Shown here piece by piece: positions 57,819 to 64,000 of a stretch of 64,000 nucleotides of DNA. The notes beneath the pieces are model-generated. The model was not told the origin of the DNA, did no database searches, and saw only the letters and a program-made list of their open reading frames with translations. Positions within the stretch are counted from its first letter, which is position 1, and the number at the start of each line of letters is the position of its first letter. This stretch comes from Euryarchaeota archaeon UBA605 (GTDB lineage Archaea; Thermoplasmatota; Poseidoniia; Poseidoniales; Thalassarchaeaceae): the NCBI GenBank assembly GCA_002504905.1, contig DATY01000019.1, forward strand, positions 30,326 through 94,325, read 5' to 3'. A program made the translations under genes and the position numbers.

Positions 57819-60424
57819 AATTCAGACCTCCTTTTTTTGAGTTGGAAACTAATTACTAGACTAGAAATTGCTAATATCAAGAATATTAAAGTCAAAGGAA
57901 TTGACAAAATCGTGATCGAGCCTGTGGGTGAATCATCAACATAATTAGCAACAGATGTTGCATCCACTGAAATAATATTTGTCTCATTTTCAAGCCATAA
58001 TATTTCATTATCTCCGACCACAATAGTGACAGCATAATATAATTCAGATGCAATTGGTGCAATTTCATTCCAAGTATTTTCATTAGTCATACCTACTAAT
58101 TGCATTTCATCTAATGTATCAGTTGAATATGAAGAACGATAGATACGATATTCATTAGAACTTCCAGACCAAGTTAATTCAATCTCTGTTCCACTAATCT
58201 CCGAATTAAGATTACTAATCATAGATACTGGACCTAGAGAAAATAAATCTTCAACTGTAATAGATGACCCAAAGTTATCAGTAACTGTCAACTTAACTGA
58301 ATGTGTTCCCTCACCCAATAGTATCTCAGCAGTTGAACCAGAAAATGATTGACCGTTGATTTGCCAAAACCAATTTTCAACTATTCCATCTGGATCTAAT
58401 GAAGATGAACCATCAAACATAATCATAGAACCAGAAATTGAAATCTCAGGAATCGTGGACCAGGAAGGAATTGGTGGTAAATTAGAAACATCTACAAGTG
58501 CAGATGATTGAGAAGTTAGGCCCCAAGGGTCTCTGGCAATAATTGTGACTTCCCAAATTTGTCCTGGTTCTAATCTTTCAGAGGGAACTAATGATTCTCC
58601 ATCTAATTCGGGAACTTGATATCCATTCCGATACCAAATTACATCGAAAAATAGAGGTTCGTCATCAGGGTCTACTGAAGAGGCTAGAACTACAAGATCT
58701 TCCAATGAATTTACAATTCCGAGATCTGGGAATGAATCTGGAGAGCCTAAGTATCCTGATGTACCAGAACCAAGAGAAATAGTCGGAATTTCTGGAGCCC
58801 CATTATTTATCACTCTAGAAGGAGTTGTCATTGAATTACCTAAATCTTCTCCATCACGAGGTATTACTTGTACTGACCAATGTTGATCACGAAAAACGGA
58901 TTCAGAAGGGATAGTTAGTAATCCATCAAACTGTGGTTCTCTTTCTCCATTTATTATCCAATAAATTTCACTGCCCGACTCTAAGTCGCCATCTAAATCC
59001 GATTGCTCCCAAATTACAGATAGATCTTGATTAGCAGTAAGGTTACCCTCAGGGAGCATGGAAATTGAAGTGACTTCAGGAGGACTATTCAGTATGGTGA
59101 TACTATCTGCATCAACCCACTCAGACCATACAAGAGAATCTGAAACTCTCACACTGGCATACCAAACCTGATTTTTTGTAGTTGCATCAGAAGTAACCCA
59201 TGTTAAGTCATTAAAAGCTGAAACTTGAGAACCATCTCTAAACCATCTAATCTCAGTTCCTGCAAGGTTGTCACCATCTGGATCAAACCATCCTACTATG
59301 ACTTGTAATGCATCATCTGTATATGCATTAGAACCTTGAGAGATATAGGCATTAGCAGTTGGGGGATTATTTGATGATCCTATTACAATCAAACCAGTAG
59401 ATTTAGTCACACCGTAAGACGTACCGTCAAATGGGGTAATTCTAGCCTCCCATTCATCACCGGAACGAATCATTAAAGAAGAAACGGTCAAAGAATCATC
59501 AAGATCACTAACTCTGACTCCATCGAGATACCATCTGATTTCAGATCCTTGTTCATTATCGCCATCCAAATCAAAATAGTCATAATCTAGATTGATATCA
59601 TCAATATCAGTAGGAGATTCTGGAGAAATTTCAAGATTACGAGCTATTGGGACGGTATTTTGTATAATTATTGGATTCAAAGAAACAGTATCACCTTGAT
59701 CTTCGCTATCTGAAGGAGTTACTTCAACACGCCATTCCTGGCCCTTAGAAATCCAAATATCAGGTACAGATTTCATGTCATTAATCTGGGCTATCTGAAG
59801 CCCATCTCTGAACCATCGAATAGTAGTACCTTGTTCAGAATCACCATCTTCATCATTGTAATCATATTCTACACCAAGACCTGTTTCCTTAGTAGGAACA
59901 GAAGGGATATATCGAACATTGGTAGCATTTGGAGGATTATTCGTACTTGCAGTTGATTCAGGTAAATTCCAAGATCCTGTATCCCAGGAATCTCCCTGAT
60001 TATTTCCATTTCCATTAGCATATAGAACTGCTAAATTGAATATTGTAGTTCCTGAACCTGCCGAAGGTGCAGTCCAATCTGCTGACCAAGTTCTAGATGA
60101 GGTGCCATCATGAGTTAATTCTCCGCTAACGAGTTTTACATTATTTCCCAAATTACTCCATGAGCCAAAATTTGCATCTAAATTGAAACCTCCCGAACCT
60201 GGAATATGAGGTCCTCCATCCCATGTTAAACTGTAAGTAGTACTTGCAACATACCCTGAAGATGGTAAGCCAGACAATGAAACACTCATGGTTGTACTTG
60301 AACCATGACAGTTACATCCTGTGGATGAACTTCCTGTCCGACCAGAAGAATTAGACTGTACAGTTTGAGCCGTAGAAATCAAAAACAACACAACCAAAAA
60401 GACTGCTATGCGCCTAGACATCAT
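57815..60424 (-). CDS. Secreted, TM-anchored protein: Reeler/choice-of-anchor-V-like domain (GCNCHG), about 5 Ig-like repeats, PKD, FN3-like domain
   Basis: NSSG...GCNCHG, GLP..GY....TY, GFNL, LTH, WTAP..GSG, ANGNG...GD; repeats of 'D.DGD.E.G..I.W..DG...W...V.P.D'; C-terminal TM. Confidence 0.75.
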   Translation of the reverse strand: MMSRRIAVFLVVLFLISTAQTVQSNSSGRTGSSSTGCNCHGSSTTMSVSLSGLPSSGYVASTTYSLTWDGGPHIPGSGGFNLDANFGSWSNLGNNVKLVSGELTHDGTSSRTWSADWTAPSAGSGTTIFNLAVLYANGNGNNQGDSWDTGSWNLPESTASTNNPPNATNVRYIPSVPTKETGLGVEYDYNDEDGDSEQGTTIRWFRDGLQIAQINDMKSVPDIWISKGQEWRVEVTPSDSEDQGDTVSLNPIIIQNTVPIARNLEISPESPTDIDDINLDYDYFDLDGDNEQGSEIRWYLDGVRVSDLDDSLTVSSLMIRSGDEWEARITPFDGTSYGVTKSTGLIVIGSSNNPPTANAYISQGSNAYTDDALQVIVGWFDPDGDNLAGTEIRWFRDGSQVSAFNDLTWVTSDATTKNQVWYASVRVSDSLVWSEWVDADSITILNSPPEVTSISMLPEGNLTANQDLSVIWEQSDLDGDLESGSEIYWIINGEREPQFDGLLTIPSESVFRDQHWSVQVIPRDGEDLGNSMTTPSRVINNGAPEIPTISLGSGTSGYLGSPDSFPDLGIVNSLEDLVVLASSVDPDDEPLFFDVIWYRNGYQVPELDGESLVPSERLEPGQIWEVTIIARDPWGLTSQSSALVDVSNLPPIPSWSTIPEISISGSMIMFDGSSSLDPDGIVENWFWQINGQSFSGSTAEILLGEGTHSVKLTVTDNFGSSITVEDLFSLGPVSMISNLNSEISGTEIELTWSGSSNEYRIYRSSYSTDTLDEMQLVGMTNENTWNEIAPIASELYYAVTIVVGDNEILWLENETNIISVDATSVANYVDDSPTGSITILSIPLTLIFLILAISSLVISFQLKKRRSEL

Positions 60425-60517
60425 TATGTCTCAGAGAAAGAGATATTGAAGAAGTTACTCCAAGGACAGAGTCTATTACGCCGTTGCATTCATGGATGAG
60501 TTGTATCTCGCAAGGCC

Positions 60518-62584
60518 ATGAACACTGTAAATTCAGTTGCAATTATCGGCGCCGGAAACATGGGCTCAGGAATTGCTCAAAAGTCTGCACAAGAACAATT
60601 TGATGTTCAAATGGTTGATCGTGAAAAACAGTGGGTAGATAGGGGAGAAAAAATAATCAGTGATTTTCTTGAAGAAGCAATCCAAAGAAGGATATTCAAA
60701 CCTGAAAAAGTTGAAGAGATTAAAAATCGTATTACAGGTGTTGTAGGAACTGAAAATGTGGCACCAGATACTGATCTTGTAATTGAAGCAGTTTTCGAAG
60801 ATTTTGAAATCAAAAAAAATGTGTTTAACATTCTAGATCAAGTTTGTGACGAGAAAACAATTCTAGCATCTAACACCTCATCATTATCCGTAAATGAGTT
60901 AGCAAAAGCGACTGGAAGACCTGAAAAATTTGTAGGTTTGCACTTTTTTTATCATCCAGCTAAGAATAGATTAATTGAGATTATTCCTGCAGAAACCACT
61001 TCGCAAGAATCATTGGCGGCTGTTGAACAATACTGCAAAACAATGGGTAAAGTTGTGATAATTTGCAAAGATAGACCAGGGTTTGTAGTAAACAGATTCT
61101 TTGTTCCGTGGCTGAATGAAGCCTGTCATCTTGTTGATGAGGGCGTGGCATCAATTGCTCAAATTGATGCAGTTGCTGAAAAAGCATTCAATATCGGGAT
61201 GGGCCCCTTCGCATTGATGAATTTAACTGGTCCTTCAATAGCGTTACATGCTACAAATTATCTTGCTGAACAATTGAATTGTACTCGTTATTATGGAGCC
61301 GAGTGTCTAAAAAATACCATAGCTAATTCAGGAATGTGGGATATTGATCAGAATATAGAGTGTGATGATGAAACATCAAAAATAATCAGAGAAAGACTGT
61401 TAGGGCAAGTTTTTGCTGTTTCTGCTCAAATTGTAGAAGAAGAAATATGTTCAATTGAAGATGTTGATAGAGGAGCAAAAGTAGGATTAAGATGGGCAGA
61501 AGGTCCATTCGAGATTGCAAATAGAATTGGAATAGAAGAAGCAAAAAATATGGCTACAGAGTATGCAAAATTAGCAAAATTTGATCTACCATTATGGATA
61601 AATGAGAAAGAAGGGATGTTTAATTTTAATTACATTGATACCAGATTGGAAGGAGAAATTGCAACCATTGTAATTAACAGGCCTGAGGCAATGAATGCTC
61701 TAAATGAGAAAGTTGTAGAGCAATTAGGAGAAGTTCTAGATGAGTTAAATTCGAATGGAGAAATTTCAACAATAGTGATTGAAGGAGCAGGTAAGGCATT
61801 CATTGCTGGAGCAGATGTCAAATATTTCGTAGATAAGATTCGTGAAGATTCAATAAAAGATATTTACGATTTCACATCTTATGGTCATGAAGTCTTGAAT
61901 AAACTTGAGAATTCTAGTAAGACAACTATCGCACTTACAACAGGTCTAGCCTTAGGAGGAGGATTGGAGCTAGCATTATCTTGCGATTATAGAATAGGAA
62001 CTAGGAGATCACAATTTCGTTTTCCAGAAACCAGTATTGGTATCTTCCCAGGATTAGGAGGAACACAAAGAACTCCACGAATTTGTGGAATAGAAGCATC
62101 TAGATATGCGGTATTAGCAGGAAATTTCCTTGACTCAAATGTTGCCTCCGCATTAGGCATTATCACTCATCTGACTGATCCTGCAAAAATTAATCAGATA
62201 GTAATTAGTTTATCAAAAGAAGGAAAACCTGAAAATAAATATCCTAGTAAACCAAAGAATGAAGATCATCCAGTTTCGATATTTGCGAAAGAATTTTATT
62301 CAAATGAAAATATGGATGAAATAATGTCTGGAAATATTCCTGAAAATTTCAATGGAGATCAAAAACTTGCTTCAAGACAGATAAAATCTCTAGGCTACAC
62401 GGCACCCATAGCTTTGAGAATCGCAGACGATCTTCTCAACCAAGCTGTCGAAACAGGAGAAGATTTGGATGCTGGCTTAGAAAAAGAATTATCTAATCTA
62501 GATGCAATCTTCCAATCTAAAGATGCATTGGAAGGATTGTCAGCATTAATCGAGGGAAGAAGACCTACTTATACAAATTCTTAA
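60518..62584 (+). CDS. Bifunctional 3-hydroxyacyl-CoA dehydrogenase / enoyl-CoA hydratase (HAD-ECH order)
   Basis: GAGNMGSGIA, IEAVFE, SNTSSL, GLHFFYPA, PGFVVNR; then NRPEAMNAL, FIAGAD, GGGLELAL, PETSIG. Confidence 0.93.
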   Translation: MNTVNSVAIIGAGNMGSGIAQKSAQEQFDVQMVDREKQWVDRGEKIISDFLEEAIQRRIFKPEKVEEIKNRITGVVGTENVAPDTDLVIEAVFEDFEIKKNVFNILDQVCDEKTILASNTSSLSVNELAKATGRPEKFVGLHFFYHPAKNRLIEIIPAETTSQESLAAVEQYCKTMGKVVIICKDRPGFVVNRFFVPWLNEACHLVDEGVASIAQIDAVAEKAFNIGMGPFALMNLTGPSIALHATNYLAEQLNCTRYYGAECLKNTIANSGMWDIDQNIECDDETSKIIRERLLGQVFAVSAQIVEEEICSIEDVDRGAKVGLRWAEGPFEIANRIGIEEAKNMATEYAKLAKFDLPLWINEKEGMFNFNYIDTRLEGEIATIVINRPEAMNALNEKVVEQLGEVLDELNSNGEISTIVIEGAGKAFIAGADVKYFVDKIREDSIKDIYDFTSYGHEVLNKLENSSKTTIALTTGLALGGGLELALSCDYRIGTRRSQFRFPETSIGIFPGLGGTQRTPRICGIEASRYAVLAGNFLDSNVASALGIITHLTDPAKINQIVISLSKEGKPENKYPSKPKNEDHPVSIFAKEFYSNENMDEIMSGNIPENFNGDQKLASRQIKSLGYTAPIALRIADDLLNQAVETGEDLDAGLEKELSNLDAIFQSKDALEGLSALIEGRRPTYTNS

Positions 62585-62595
62585 TCCCTAAAATA

Positions 62596-62703
62596 TTATT
62601 TTTTTTGAAGCCTGAGTTTTCTCCTGGGAGATTGAGACCAAGCAGGACTGCGATATTCGGCCATTCCTGTAATTGCAAGTTCTAAAAATTGCTTAAAATT
62701 CAT
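62596..62703 (-). CDS. Microprotein of 35 aa: MNFKQFLELAITGMAEYRSPAWSQSPRRKLRLQKK
   Basis: Translated by hand; GGAGG at 62711-62715, 7 nt before the ATG; ATGA overlap with the upstream microprotein. Confidence 0.65.
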   Translation of the reverse strand: MNFKQFLELAITGMAEYRSPAWSQSPRRKLRLQKK

Positions 62704-62777
62704 AATTTTTCCTCCTTATCACTAATTTCTAATTCATTCATTGTTTCATCTAACCATAATTCTAACCATTTATCCAT
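62700..62777 (-). CDS. Microprotein of 25 aa: MDKWLELWLDETMNELEISDKEEKL
   Basis: Translated by hand; GGAGG at 62786-62790, 8 nt before the ATG; its TGA overlaps the next ATG. Confidence 0.6.
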   Translation of the reverse strand: MDKWLELWLDETMNELEISDKEEKL

Positions 62778-62790
62778 TTTAGTTTCCTCC

Positions 62791-62889
62791 TGCACCTTAG
62801 TGTAGTTTTCACACTGAGCGAATAACCATTAATATATCAATTAGAAAGTATTTGAGCACACACTAAGGTGCATTTTATACACTAGATGC
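62791..62889. promoter_or_regulatory. Divergent promoter with repeated operator-like boxes (perfect 13-bp IR TGCACCTTAGTGT / ACACTAAGGTGCA, plus two partial ACACT copies)
   Basis: Arms at 62791-62803 and 62860-62872; partial copies ACACTGAG at 62811 and ACACTAGATGC at 62879; TATA-like ATTAATATAT at about 62828 and TTTTATA at about 62873. Confidence 0.65.
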
Positions 62890-62910
62890 TGTTCCCAACA
62901 TTTGTTAATT

Positions 62911-63369
62911 ATGAGTCAAACAAGGATGAAAGTTTCAAATAAAGATTGGAAAAAGATTAATTCTGCTCTAGATCAGGTACAAGATAATGGAAGAGATATT
63001 AGGCAAATTTTCCAGTCTTACTATGAAGAAGGCGAGGAAAATATGGAATGGGAAGTAGATGCTGCAGTTATCTCTTTCAGCATGTTCAGTTCTAGATGGA
63101 CTACTGAGATTCTATCTGCTTTGTACATAGCTGGGGATAAAAGGTTCAATGAATTAAGGGCTTTATTAAGAGGAATTTCAAGTAGAACCTTGTCAGATAA
63201 ATTAAGATCTTGCCAAGAAAATGGCTTAGTTGAAAGAGTTGTAGAAGACGGCCCCCCCATTCGTGTAATTTACAGATTGACCACTCATGGTAGGAATTGT
63301 GGAAGGCTACTGGGCCCATTGGTAGCATACATGAAAATACACAATGACATGGTTGTTTCAGAAGATTGA
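62911..63369 (+). CDS. HxlR-family winged-helix transcriptional regulator
   Basis: SRWTTEIL...KRFNEL...GISSRTLS.KL....GLVER.V...PPIRV.Y.LT..G. Confidence 0.9.
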   Translation: MSQTRMKVSNKDWKKINSALDQVQDNGRDIRQIFQSYYEEGEENMEWEVDAAVISFSMFSSRWTTEILSALYIAGDKRFNELRALLRGISSRTLSDKLRSCQENGLVERVVEDGPPIRVIYRLTTHGRNCGRLLGPLVAYMKIHNDMVVSED

Positions 63370-63438
63370 GTTGACAAATGAAGCGTTACCGACTCAAATG
63401 ACCGATTCTTTCAAAGACTAGTTCATGAGAATAATGTT

Positions 63439-64000
63439 ATGGCTTTACTCCAACAGTGGCGCAGTAGGCGTTCTTGGGCCATCGATGGCATTTTTGCTCT
63501 TGGTGGAGCTACACTAGGGATTACAGGTCTAATTCCAGCATTTATTCCTCCAATTTCTGAAGGTACGATTTCTTTACCTGGTGAACACCCATGGGAACAC
63601 CCTGTACGTGCAAGAATTCTGACTACTTTAGAAAAATCACCAGGTTTACATTTTCGTGAATTACAAAGAAGAATGAATGCTGCTAATGGAACTCTTAGAC
63701 ATCACTTGGATGTTCTAGTTAATGAAAAAACTGTGACTATAATTCCAGTTAATGGAAGAACCTGTTATTATGCCGGTGCACCTGCACAAATAGAGATTCT
63801 ATTAGGAACAGGAGTAAGGGATGAACAAAAAGCAGCAGCAATGTTACCAGTAGGTCTATCCAGTCTGCAAAAATCTATTGTTGTTAGACTTGCAGTTTCT
63901 TGTGTTCCTGAAAGTCAAGCGCAACTAGCCAGAGATTTGGGGAGATCGCGGTCTGCTGTTCATTCTGCAATTTGTGTTCTGAGGAATAGAGGTATTTTAT
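63439..64000 (+). CDS. Tandem winged-helix transcriptional regulator with an N-terminal hydrophobic segment; runs off the window end, so absent from the ORF track
   Basis: Translated by hand: MALLQQWRSRRSWAIDGIFALGGATLGITGLIPAF...HPVRARILTTLEKSPGLHFRELQRRMNAANGTLRHHLDVLV...SQAQLARDLGRSRSAVHSAICVLRNRGI; no stop before 64000. Confidence 0.8.
   Translation, partial: MALLQQWRSRRSWAIDGIFALGGATLGITGLIPAFIPPISEGTISLPGEHPWEHPVRARILTTLEKSPGLHFRELQRRMNAANGTLRHHLDVLVNEKTVTIIPVNGRTCYYAGAPAQIEILLGTGVRDEQKAAAMLPVGLSSLQKSIVVRLAVSCVPESQAQLARDLGRSRSAVHSAICVLRNRGIL

Noticed and set aside
63371..63515. Short alternative-frame ORFs downstream of HxlR (starts at 63371, 63378, 63425)
   Set aside because: All stop within 7-30 codons and lack an RBS; the frame starting at 63439 encodes a recognisable wHTH protein

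Overview
Gene-dense, AT-rich archaeal chromosomal segment. The archaeal markers are Rpo6/RpoK, RadA, Hel308, Cgi121, Taw1/Taw2 wyosine enzymes, an initiator tRNA with an A1-U72 pair, and GGAGG/GGTGA ribosome-binding sites. These occur with heme A synthesis genes, bacterial-type uvrC/orn/guaB and many large secreted or membrane-anchored proteases and adhesin-like proteins. The mix suggests a marine heterotrophic Thermoplasmatota such as Marine Group II/Poseidoniales (inference). I saw no mobile elements, CRISPR arrays or rRNA. The most interesting items are: (1) a translationally coupled three-gene operon (56122-60424) with two Reeler/choice-of-anchor-V-like surface proteins carrying non-canonical CxCH and CxxxCH motifs plus a His-bearing membrane protein; (2) two microproteins absent from the ORF track (25 and 35 aa, both with GGAGG, ATGA-coupled), divergent from an HxlR regulator across a perfect 13-bp inverted repeat; (3) an M29 aminopeptidase homologue that appears to have lost most metal ligands; (4) a wHTH-STAND NTPase abutting two stand-alone Lrp ligand-binding domains; (5) a 992-aa surface protein built from three divergent ~270-aa repeats; (6) a MacB/LolCDE-type ABC system with two different ATPases, one carrying AbrB-like and Zn-ribbon extensions. 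All calls come from reading motifs by eye; no database searches were run.
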